The position numbers and the translations under genes were made by a program. The notes below the pieces were generated by a model that was given only the letters and a program-made list of their open reading frames with translations, was not told where the DNA came from and did no database searches. From an uncultured Acetatifactor sp. (GTDB lineage Bacteria; Bacillota; Clostridia; Lachnospirales; Lachnospiraceae), in assembly GCA_910586435.1 (NCBI GenBank), contig CAJUGT010000003.1, positions 1,782-65,781 of the forward strand: 64,000 nt of DNA. The letters run 5' to 3'. Below are positions 1 through 8,056 of the stretch, in pieces (position 1 is the first letter of the stretch; each line of letters begins with the position of its first letter).

Positions 1-2
1 AT

Positions 3-404
3 GCTCTTGACGGGGAATGGGGGTATTCCTGCTATGATATTCCTTCATTTACCACGAAAATGACCAGTGGCTGCATTTTCTTTTCAGACAACCGGCATCT
101 GAACACGAAATCCGACCGTCTCAACAGGATTGCCATACTTCTGAAAACCTTCAGTGACATAAAAAATCTGAAAACTGCCGCCGCATTATATCAGATTACC
201 TTCCAGGAGGAAGACCTCTACGCTTCCATTAGCAGTATCAGCAGACAGGCCGAACTGTGTGAGGAAACAGCAGGGGAATGTCTGAACTTACATCTTTCCC
301 CCTTTCTTAACAAAAAAGTTCAAAATGGACAAACCTTATATCGCTTCACAGGTCCCTATATGGAACTTATACCAAGTCTCATGATGCTTGACACAGTTGA
401 CTGA
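3..404 (+). CDS. hypothetical protein, 5' end probably outside the window
   Basis: The frame of ORF 60..404 stays open back to base 3, so the listed Met may be internal. No motif recognised. Confidence 0.35.
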   Translation, partial: ALDGEWGYSCYDIPSFTTKMTSGCIFFSDNRHLNTKSDRLNRIAILLKTFSDIKNLKTAAALYQITFQEEDLYASISSISRQAELCEETAGECLNLHLSPFLNKKVQNGQTLYRFTGPYMELIPSLMMLDTVD

Positions 405-458
405 AAATTAGTCTGATCTTTGATATTGTTCACATTTCAGGACTTGTTCTCACATATG

Positions 459-489
459 CACTCTGATATAATAGCTTTATATCAGAGTG
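459..489. promoter_or_regulatory. candidate operator/promoter of ogt: perfect inverted repeat CACTCTGATATA-N7-TATATCAGAGTG
   Basis: 12-bp perfect arms read directly. They contain TATAAT (467-472). The half-site CTCTGATATAAT recurs at 509-520, 25 nt before the ogt ATG. Confidence 0.4.
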
Positions 490-545
490 TCACATTTCTG
501 TACATACCCTCTGATATAATACAACTTGATACCCAAGGAGAAAAA

Positions 546-1052
546 ATGCAATACATACAATACTACAACTCCCCCATCAGTAAACTGGTTATGATTGGAA
601 ACCAAACATCACTTACCGGCTTGTGGTTTGCGAGCCAGAACAATATTCTCCGGGCCATGTCTGAAGAATACCAGGAACAATCTCTTCCTGTCTTTGAGGA
701 GACTGAAACGTGGCTTGATATTTATTTCAGCGGAAAGGCGCCGAATTTTACGCCGCCCCTGTCCATTGAGTCAACGCCCTTCCGCAAAATGGTATGGGAA
801 CTTCTGCTCACCATCCCATACGGCACAACAATGACTTATGGTCAAATCGCAAAAATCATTATGCGCAAAACCGGCAAAAATACAATGTCGGCCCAAGCCG
901 TGGGACAGGCTGTTGGACACAATCCAATATCCATCATTATTCCCTGTCACAGAGTCATGGGCGCAAATGGAAGCCTGACAGGTTACGCAGGGGGCATTGA
1001 CATCAAAATGAAATTACTTCAATTAGAACATATTATTCATACCATCCCCTAA
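546..1052 (+). CDS. ogt: methylated-DNA--protein-cysteine S-methyltransferase (Ogt/MGMT family)
   Basis: Active-site motif IPCHRV followed by GSLTGYAGG. AAGGAG RBS 7 nt before the ATG at 546. The first 42 codons of ORF 420..1052 lack an RBS. Confidence 0.9.
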   Translation: MQYIQYYNSPISKLVMIGNQTSLTGLWFASQNNILRAMSEEYQEQSLPVFEETETWLDIYFSGKAPNFTPPLSIESTPFRKMVWELLLTIPYGTTMTYGQIAKIIMRKTGKNTMSAQAVGQAVGHNPISIIIPCHRVMGANGSLTGYAGGIDIKMKLLQLEHIIHTIP

Positions 1053-1101
1053 TACTAAAGTTTCCGCAGGAACTTCCCCATGTTCTCACTGATACTAGTG
1101 T

Positions 1102-1149
1102 TCCATCCGGTCAGTAACCGCATTTCAGTGCAGTTACTGACCGGATGGA
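1102..1149. repeat. 17-bp-stem hairpin, a short derivative of the inverted-repeat element at 21456-21607
   Basis: TCCATCCGGTCAGTAAC-N14-GTTACTGACCGGATGGA. The same arms plus flanking AGTGCT/AGCACT bound the longer copy at 21.5 kb. Confidence 0.7.
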
Positions 1150-1303
1150 GCACTGGACAGGAATAAAATTTTACAGCGGGAATATTATTTCAAGGTAGGA
1201 TTATGCTGAACAAGACCATGAAAAGCATCCACAGTTTGGTGTTAAGAGTTATTGGTTTGAACCGTCATGGGGCGAGATTAGCCCCATAGAATTCATATTT
1301 GGT

Positions 1304-1771
1304 TTAGAATAAACGCCAAATTAAAATATTGTCTGCCCCTACACTTTTAAGGTTATTGAACAATACATTGCAGGCAATCTGTCCGGCATTTCCATAATCA
1401 GCCTCAAAAAAATCGTTGATAAATTGCGCAAGCGCAGTCAAATCAATTTTGTCTTCTAATGACAGCATTTGTTCTTTTTCATAGAACACAATGATATCAT
1501 AATCGCCAGTTGCATCCCGCCATTTTTCAGCAAGACATTCCAAATCACACCGGACATTTACCTCATAAGCTGTATCTAAATAGTGGAATAGCGCAATAAA
1601 GACCTCGCCGGAACACTTTCCGTTTTCCAATTTTGATGCTGAACTTTCCACTTCTGAATAAATCTCTTTTATCAGATTCTCCGTTTCCCCAAACTTGCCT
1701 TCCTGTATCAAATTCTTCAATGCATCATACTTGCTTTTTGGACATACTCCAAAATCCCCTATCATTGACAT
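1304..1771 (-). CDS. hypothetical small acidic protein (155 aa)
   Basis: Intact ORF with AGGAGG RBS upstream (GGAATAGGAGGAATGAATCATG on the minus strand). No recognisable catalytic motif. Confidence 0.55.
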   Translation of the reverse strand: MSMIGDFGVCPKSKYDALKNLIQEGKFGETENLIKEIYSEVESSASKLENGKCSGEVFIALFHYLDTAYEVNVRCDLECLAEKWRDATGDYDIIVFYEKEQMLSLEDKIDLTALAQFINDFFEADYGNAGQIACNVLFNNLKSVGADNILIWRLF

Positions 1772-2177
1772 GATTCATTCCTCCTATTCCAGTTCCCGCC
1801 TGCGGGAACTTGTTCCGGTCTCTGCACTTCGGTGCCCCTATGAAGGAAGGGTTATTCAGCCGCTTTTGCGTCTGAAAACCCTTCTCTGTGTCTGAAAGAC
1901 ACATTGCACCCCCGTTTCAAGACTGTTTTTAAATTTCCTCTTGACATTTCTTAGCTGGACTATTGAGTATAAAGTTATCCCCTAATATATTGATAAATTT
2001 TGCCTGCTGGTATTATAGCATATGCTGTTTTAGATTACAAGAAATATGGGATGGTTACTGTCCAGACCTGACAGCTCCAAGTGGCTTGCGGGTACTTTGT
2101 TTCTCCAGGGGACGGCGCAGGAATCATTTAAACAAATGAAAAAGGTTGAATTTACATTGTAATTCCCAGGAGCAAGT

Positions 2178-2469
2178 GGTATAATGTTGACACAGAAAGG
2201 CATTGTGTCAACTTCTGATTCCAAATGCGCTGAAGCGCATGAAATCATGGTATCATGTTGACACTCAAGGGCATTGTGTCAACTTCTGATTCCAAATGCG
2301 CTGAAGCGCATGAAATCATGGTATCATGTTGACACTCAAGGGCATTGTGTCAACTGTTGATTCCATGTGCGCTAAGGCGCGCAAAATCAGGGTATAATGT
2401 TGACACTGAAGGGCATTGTGTCAACTTCTGATTCCAAATGCGCTGAAGCGCACAGGATTATGGTATAAT
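2178..2469 (+). repeat. 4 x 71-bp head-to-tail 'A' units plus a closing GGTATAAT (modular structured repeat family)
   Basis: Units start at 2178, 2249, 2320 and 2391, with period exactly 71. Each is GGTAnnATG-TTGACAC-N11-GTGTCAAC-TTCTGATTCCAAA-TGCGC-TGAA-GCGCA-TGAAATCAT. Confidence 0.9.
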
Positions 2470-2646
2470 ATGTCCATATTCAGGGCGGGAATCGGCCGAA
2501 GGGCCATTAGCTGCCAGTGTCAAATCCACATGCTCCAAAACCAGAGCCATACACAAATGCCGGAACAAAAAGAAATGACCCATGTATAAAAATGTTCGGT
2601 GAAAAAATTCAGATAACCTACACACATATATAATAATATCAAAAAT

Positions 2647-4437
2647 ATGAATTCCAATAATAAAAAATATAATTCTTTTCAGATACCCAAAAGGACAGAG
2701 CATACGGGAGTTCCTACACCTCCCGGAAAGAAAGCTTCCTCCCTTCCCCAGGGACAGATGGACCTCTCCGACTCTTATTATGAGATAGAATACGACTCAT
2801 GTCCCATGCCAGGAGTGGGAAAATATGTATTAAAATCTCAGAAAATAGAGCAGCCCAAAAAGGACCAGGTCAGGGAATTATTCAACCAAATGAGAGATAT
2901 TGCCAGAGAAGACAGGTATCTTAATTTTCGTACCTCCGGTTTCTATGACAAAAAACTCCAGCAAGATAAGTCCCGGATATTTTATAAACAGGGAATATTT
3001 ATGCAGGACTTTGAGGACACCTATGAGCGGCAGGTGCCTTTTTCTTCCTATTTTCCCGATTATCAGATGATGGGATACGAACAGCTCCGAACCTATTTTA
3101 CATGGCGCGCGAAAGTTCGGTCAGGAGACATTGCTGACACTTCCCTTTCCTATGCCTTCCTGTATTTCTACGAACTGCTGAATAACATTGGTGTGAAAGA
3201 CGCACAGGAAGGCATGAATGCAATCATGTCTTTTTGGAAGACTTTTCGTGTATATCACCAGGAAATTGATAAGTATGTCATACACTGGCTGAAAGATTAC
3301 CATATATACTATGATTTACCCTGGTCTTTTAAGGATTTTATCAAAGAAAATAATCTGGGGGTACATTATCCGAAAGTGATAAATCCTGACGATAATTTTG
3401 ATTTTTATTGTTCCTTATCCAAATATGACATACGAAAATCGAAATTCTACAATGATGATACCCTTTGGTTGATTCGGGATTGTTTTGACCATGTGATAAA
3501 GAGATTACGGGATTCTTTGTCCGAGCAGAAGATATTTTTGGAGGATTTACTGTTTCGATCTCCCAAAAACATGACACCCTGGACTCCCTTCCAGAACGCT
3601 TTGTTCTATCCCGGTCTCAGACACAGAGACAAACGGGTAATACTTTCAGAAAAGGAAATCTATGTCCGCAGCCAGAATACATGGAAATTCCACACAACCA
3701 TTGCCACAGAAAGCGGAAAACAGTTCATTGGTTATATAGTAAAGCAGATGGAATCCGTCTTAAGGACGGCCATGAAATACAAGTACAAACTTTCCGTCAA
3801 AAGCGATGCTCTCAGCCAGGACACTGCAAATACATTGTCACAGGCAGGAATCTCCATAGAGAAACTGGTTACGGAAGCCACCATGGAATTCTACCGTGAA
3901 GCCACCAGGACTGTGGTAAAAGTAAATCCGGGCGCATTGGACAAAATCCGTCAGGAAGCATTGATGACACAGGAGAGACTGATTGTGCCGGAAGATGTCC
4001 AGGAAGAACCCTTCGTAGCGAAATCAGAGGACAGTTCTCCCGTCGCCCCTTCTCCAATGGCTGAACAGGACTTTTCCCGTCCTGAACCATCCACTGCCAG
4101 CCTGGATTCTCTTTCTGACCCCTGGGAATGTCTCAGAAACGCTTTCACTTCTCTGGAACAGGATGCTATCATCCATTTGTGGATGAATCAGGAAAATATT
4201 ACTCCATGTACGGAGAGCCCTAAGGCACAAATATGTGACTTGAAGCAGTTTGCTCAAAATAATAATATTATGTTGGAAGTGCTTATAGACGGAATCAATG
4301 AAAAAGCCGTGGACTGCATCGGTGACAGCCTTTTAGACGGAGAATTTGTCTTTTTTGAGGATTATATAGAACAAATAAAAGGAATGGTGAATCAGTTATG
4401 GCAGGAAAAGTACCCACAAGAATTGCCAATATTTTAA
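2647..4437 (+). CDS. sngA: TerB-N/TerB-C domain protein (Shango SngA-like)
   Basis: TerB-N-like signature YFPDYQMMGYEQLRTYFTWRAKVRSG...SYAFLYFYELLNNIG. It is the first gene of a tightly packed three-gene operon. The start is uncertain because there is no clear SD. Confidence 0.65.
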   Translation: MNSNNKKYNSFQIPKRTEHTGVPTPPGKKASSLPQGQMDLSDSYYEIEYDSCPMPGVGKYVLKSQKIEQPKKDQVRELFNQMRDIAREDRYLNFRTSGFYDKKLQQDKSRIFYKQGIFMQDFEDTYERQVPFSSYFPDYQMMGYEQLRTYFTWRAKVRSGDIADTSLSYAFLYFYELLNNIGVKDAQEGMNAIMSFWKTFRVYHQEIDKYVIHWLKDYHIYYDLPWSFKDFIKENNLGVHYPKVINPDDNFDFYCSLSKYDIRKSKFYNDDTLWLIRDCFDHVIKRLRDSLSEQKIFLEDLLFRSPKNMTPWTPFQNALFYPGLRHRDKRVILSEKEIYVRSQNTWKFHTTIATESGKQFIGYIVKQMESVLRTAMKYKYKLSVKSDALSQDTANTLSQAGISIEKLVTEATMEFYREATRTVVKVNPGALDKIRQEALMTQERLIVPEDVQEEPFVAKSEDSSPVAPSPMAEQDFSRPEPSTASLDSLSDPWECLRNAFTSLEQDAIIHLWMNQENITPCTESPKAQICDLKQFAQNNNIMLEVLIDGINEKAVDCIGDSLLDGEFVFFEDYIEQIKGMVNQLWQEKYPQELPIF

Positions 4438-5714
4438 TTAACGCATTAAAAGGCGGCGTAGTGCCCCGAGCCGGACTGGAATATATTACCGTGGGCCGGA
4501 CACAGGAAATTGCCGCCATTCTCCATGATATTGAGATGATTGAAGAAGGCGGCGCTTCTTTTCGCTTTATCGTGGGAAAATACGGAAGCGGAAAAAGTTT
4601 TCTGCTTCAGACCATACGAAATTATGCCACTGCCAGGGGATTTGTGGTGGTGGACGCGGATCTCTCACCGGAACGCCGTTTTGCGGGTACAAAGGGACAG
4701 GGACTTGCCACTTATAAGGAATTGATTCAAAATTTATCCACAAAGTCCAAACCCGACGGAGGCGCTCTTCCACTTATCCTGGAAAAATGGATTTCCGGCA
4801 TACAGACTTCCGTGAAAACCCAGTCTTCCGCCCAGGGGGAGGACTTCGATATTCTGGTGGAAAAACAAATTTATGCCGTGGCGGGTTCTCTGGAAGGCAT
4901 GGTCAATGGATTTGAGTTTGCCAGAGCCGTTGTGCTCTATTGGCAGGCATACAAACAGGACGACAATACTTTGAAGTCCAATGTTCTCCGATGGTTCCGT
5001 GGGGAATACCCCTCTCGAAAAGAAGCCAAAGAAGACCTTGGCATCAATTTTATTGTCACCGATGAGACCTGGTATGATTTTTTGAAGCTTTTTGCCGCCT
5101 TTCTGGTTGGGGCCGGCTACAAAGGAATGCTGGTTATCATCGACGAACTTGTAAACCTGTATAAGATACCCAATTCCATTACCCGCGCCAACAATTATGA
5201 GAAAATTCTCACCATGTACAATGATGTGCTTCAGGGCAAGGCCAGACATATCGGCTTTCTCATGGGAGGTACCCCGCAATGTATCGAGGATAAATACAAG
5301 GGTATCTTCAGTTATGAAGCCCTGCGCTCACGTCTGGCGGAAGGTCACTTCTCCACTGCCGACACCAGAGATTTTTCCGCTCCCATTATCAGGCTTCAGA
5401 TGCTCACCCAGGAGGAAATGTATATCCTGGTGGAAAAATTACAAAATATCCATGCCGGGCTCTACAACTATACCCCTGCCCTGTCCCAGGAAGACCTGGT
5501 ATATTTTCTGACAGTGGAATACAACCGTGTAGGAGCATCCACCCATATTACCCCAAGGGAAATCATTCGGGATTTTATAGAACTAATCAATATTTTATAT
5601 CAAAATCCGCAGAAAACCGTCTCTGAAATTCTGGGAGACAACAGCTTTGAAATGGCAAAGGGCGGAATAGATGGGGAAGAAATACGGGAAGAATTTCAGG
5701 AATTTGAAATATAA
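4398..5714 (+). CDS. sngB: DUF2791/BrxD-like P-loop ATPase (Shango SngB-like)
   Basis: N-terminal GGVVPRAGLEYITVGR, Walker A GKYGSGKS, Walker B LVIIDELVN. Overlaps the upstream gene by 40 nt. Confidence 0.7.
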   Translation: MAGKVPTRIANILINALKGGVVPRAGLEYITVGRTQEIAAILHDIEMIEEGGASFRFIVGKYGSGKSFLLQTIRNYATARGFVVVDADLSPERRFAGTKGQGLATYKELIQNLSTKSKPDGGALPLILEKWISGIQTSVKTQSSAQGEDFDILVEKQIYAVAGSLEGMVNGFEFARAVVLYWQAYKQDDNTLKSNVLRWFRGEYPSRKEAKEDLGINFIVTDETWYDFLKLFAAFLVGAGYKGMLVIIDELVNLYKIPNSITRANNYEKILTMYNDVLQGKARHIGFLMGGTPQCIEDKYKGIFSYEALRSRLAEGHFSTADTRDFSAPIIRLQMLTQEEMYILVEKLQNIHAGLYNYTPALSQEDLVYFLTVEYNRVGASTHITPREIIRDFIELINILYQNPQKTVSEILGDNSFEMAKGGIDGEEIREEFQEFEI

Positions 5715-5732
5715 CACCATTAACCTGACAGG

Positions 5733-7952
5733 ATGAAAAAAATGAACATATTTGACAGACTTGCCCCTTTTATTCAAGACTTTATCTACCAGAACCACTG
5801 GGAAGAACTTCGCGGCAATCAGGTAGCCGCCTGTGAAGTGATATTTGACAGCCATGATAACCTGCTATTATCCTCCGGCACTGCGTCCGGCAAGACAGAA
5901 GCCGCTTTTCTGCCCGTGTTGACCGATATCTACGAACATCCGTCAAATTCCGTTGCGGTGATTTATATTTCGCCTCTGAAAGCCTTGATCAATGACCAGT
6001 TCAAACGTCTGGAACAACTGCTTTTGGATTCCAATATTCCCGTGACAAAATGGCATGGAGACGCCTCCCAGACCCGGAAAAACAAACTGATAAAGAATCC
6101 GGAAGGCATCTTGCAGATTACTCCGGAATCCCTGGAAAGCCTCATTACCAATAAACGCGGCGCCTGCCTGTCCATGTTTTCCGACCTGCGTTATGTCATC
6201 ATCGACGAAGTACATCATTTTATGCGGGATGTGCGGGGAGTACAGCTTCTATGCGTCCTGGAACGGCTCAAAGCTCTCACAGGAGTGAACCCCAGGAGAA
6301 TCGGCCTCTCCGCCACTCTTGGAGATGTGTCCGTGGCACAGGAATGGCTGAATACCGGAACCGGACGGGAATGCGCCGCCCCCATTATGGATGAAGGAAA
6401 GAAAAGAATCCGGCTTCACATTGAACGATTTGTAAATTACGCAGATAAGCGGGATCTGGTGGAACGGGATGCCATAGGAAACATCGAACGAACGGACTCC
6501 GGCGGTGATATTGGAGACAGGGAACATTACGAATACCTTTTCCAGCAGACACTGGACAAGAAAACCATTCTCTTTACCAACAGCCGGGAAGAAACCGAAC
6601 TTGTCATGGCCCATCTTCGGGAAATTGCATTAAAACATAAAGCCCCCGACGTGTACAGGGTTCATCATGGAAATGTCTCAGCTCTCCTGCGGGAGAACAC
6701 GGAAGACGAAATGAAATCCGAGGACGAAAAAATTGTCACCGGCGCCACAGTGACTTTGGAACTTGGCATTGACATTGGTTCCCTGGATCAGGTAGTGCAG
6801 GTGGGCGCCCCTTTAAGCGTATCCAGTTTTGCCCAGCGCCTTGGCCGCTGCGGACGCCGGGGACAGGTGCCCCAATTGCTTTTTACCTTTGTGGAAAGCC
6901 TGAAAATTAATTCTTCTGATATTTTAGGCCCTATTAACTGGAATTATATCCGAACCATTGCCATCATTGAACTCTATCTGAAAGAACATTGGCTGGAACC
7001 CATTCCTCCCCTGTACCACGCCTATAACCTGCTGTACCACCAGACCATGAGCTGCCTGAAAAGCAATGGGGAAATGTCCCCTGCCGGCCTTGCCCAGTCC
7101 GTACTGAGCCTGGGATGCTTTCGGTATATCCCTCAGAAGGATTACAAACTGCTCTTAAATCACCTGATTCAAATAGAACAGCTGGAACGGACAGAAAGCG
7201 GAGGGTTGGCAATCGGACGTGCCGGAGAAAAAATAGTAAACAGTCACAAATTTCTAACCGTTTTTTTAGCGCCGGAATATTTTCTGGTAAAAGATGAAAA
7301 CCGCACCATTGGCACTGTGGACAAGGTATATCCGGTGGGTACCCATTTTTCTTTGGCAGGAATCTCCTGGGAAACTGTTGACGTCAATGAAAAGTCAAAG
7401 GTTATTTTTGTCAAACGGGTTCCCGGTATCTCAGTCGTAGACTGGGATGTGGACTTTGAAGTGGAACTCCATACCATTCTGGTGAAGAAAATGCGCAGTA
7501 CTCTGCAAACAGAGGATTCTTATCCTTACCTGAGCGAACGCTGCAAGGAACGATTACAGGAAATACGGTATATTACCCGCAACAGCGGTATTTTGGAACA
7601 TTTGGTGACACCACTTTCCGAAAAAAAATACGCCGTCTTCCCCTGGGTGGGCACCAGACAGCTCGTCACACTCCACTATGCCCTGCTGCAACGGAAAATT
7701 AAGAGCAAAATCCCGTGGAATATGAGCGTATATCTGGAAGTCATTTTTGAAGGGACAAAAGAAGAACTGGAACAAATCATTTTTGATATACTGTCCAAAA
7801 ATCTGGATACCTACGGCTTGCCCCTGCCTGACAAGATACAGATTCAGGGCAAATACAATGAGTTCATTCCTCTGAAATTACTGAGAAAACAGTTTATTGA
7901 AGACTTTCTGGATTTTGAGGGATTGCGGAATGATTGCCTCCTGCAACAATGA
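5733..7952 (+). CDS. sngC: superfamily-2 DEAD/DEAH (DEVH, Lhr-like) helicase (Shango SngC-like)
   Basis: Motif I SGTASGKTEAA, motif II IIDEVHH, motif VI QRLGRCGRRG. Starts 19 nt after sngB. Confidence 0.75.
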   Translation: MKKMNIFDRLAPFIQDFIYQNHWEELRGNQVAACEVIFDSHDNLLLSSGTASGKTEAAFLPVLTDIYEHPSNSVAVIYISPLKALINDQFKRLEQLLLDSNIPVTKWHGDASQTRKNKLIKNPEGILQITPESLESLITNKRGACLSMFSDLRYVIIDEVHHFMRDVRGVQLLCVLERLKALTGVNPRRIGLSATLGDVSVAQEWLNTGTGRECAAPIMDEGKKRIRLHIERFVNYADKRDLVERDAIGNIERTDSGGDIGDREHYEYLFQQTLDKKTILFTNSREETELVMAHLREIALKHKAPDVYRVHHGNVSALLRENTEDEMKSEDEKIVTGATVTLELGIDIGSLDQVVQVGAPLSVSSFAQRLGRCGRRGQVPQLLFTFVESLKINSSDILGPINWNYIRTIAIIELYLKEHWLEPIPPLYHAYNLLYHQTMSCLKSNGEMSPAGLAQSVLSLGCFRYIPQKDYKLLLNHLIQIEQLERTESGGLAIGRAGEKIVNSHKFLTVFLAPEYFLVKDENRTIGTVDKVYPVGTHFSLAGISWETVDVNEKSKVIFVKRVPGISVVDWDVDFEVELHTILVKKMRSTLQTEDSYPYLSERCKERLQEIRYITRNSGILEHLVTPLSEKKYAVFPWVGTRQLVTLHYALLQRKIKSKIPWNMSVYLEVIFEGTKEELEQIIFDILSKNLDTYGLPLPDKIQIQGKYNEFIPLKLLRKQFIEDFLDFEGLRNDCLLQQ

Positions 7953-8027
7953 TACCCCTAAAAGAGAGTCAGGGGGCACCCGCCAGTTCTGCTGACATCT
8001 TCCTTTGGGTACCCATATGCATAAAAA

Positions 8028-8056
8028 GTGGGGATGCGAACGCATCCCCATTTTTC
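8028..8056. terminator. bidirectional rho-independent terminator between the convergent sngC and the mrp operon
   Basis: GGGGATGCG-AA-CGCATCCCC flanked by an A-run upstream and TTTTT downstream. Confidence 0.7.

Noticed and set aside
1203-1289. 28-codon ORF (MLNKTMKSIHSLVLRVIGLNRHGARLAP) between ogt and the 155-aa gene
   Set aside because: It is too short, has no recognisable similarity and only a weak RBS. It could be a gene remnant, but I cannot support that.
2178-2469. Possible CRISPR array, suggested by regular direct repeats with internal palindromes
   Set aside because: The 71-bp units are contiguous with no unique spacers between them. The unit length is far beyond CRISPR repeat size, and there are no cas genes in the window.
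2178-2469. Canonical -35/-10 promoter formed by the TTGACA and TATAAT inside each A unit
   Set aside because: The order is wrong, because TATAAT precedes TTGACA by 1 nt. The distance from TTGACA to the next unit's TATAAT is about 57 nt. Only an extended -10 (TGnTAnnnT) reading is tenable.
2030-2703. ORFs 2030..2248(-) and 2458..2703(-); also 20465..20653(-), 20622..20822(-) and 58041..58265(-)
   Set aside because: They lie in or across the structured repeat arrays or their flanks. They are short and lack an RBS, so they are repeat-derived reading frames.
4734-5279. Long antisense ORFs inside confident genes: 4734..5279(-), 55112..55615(-), 58442..58936(-), 30155..30682(+), 41325..41813(+), 25835..26428(+), 44409..44858(+), 46263..46712(+) and 9220..9609(+)
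   Set aside because: Each is fully embedded in a gene with strong family motifs on the opposite strand. None has a motif or an RBS, so they are treated as shadow ORFs.
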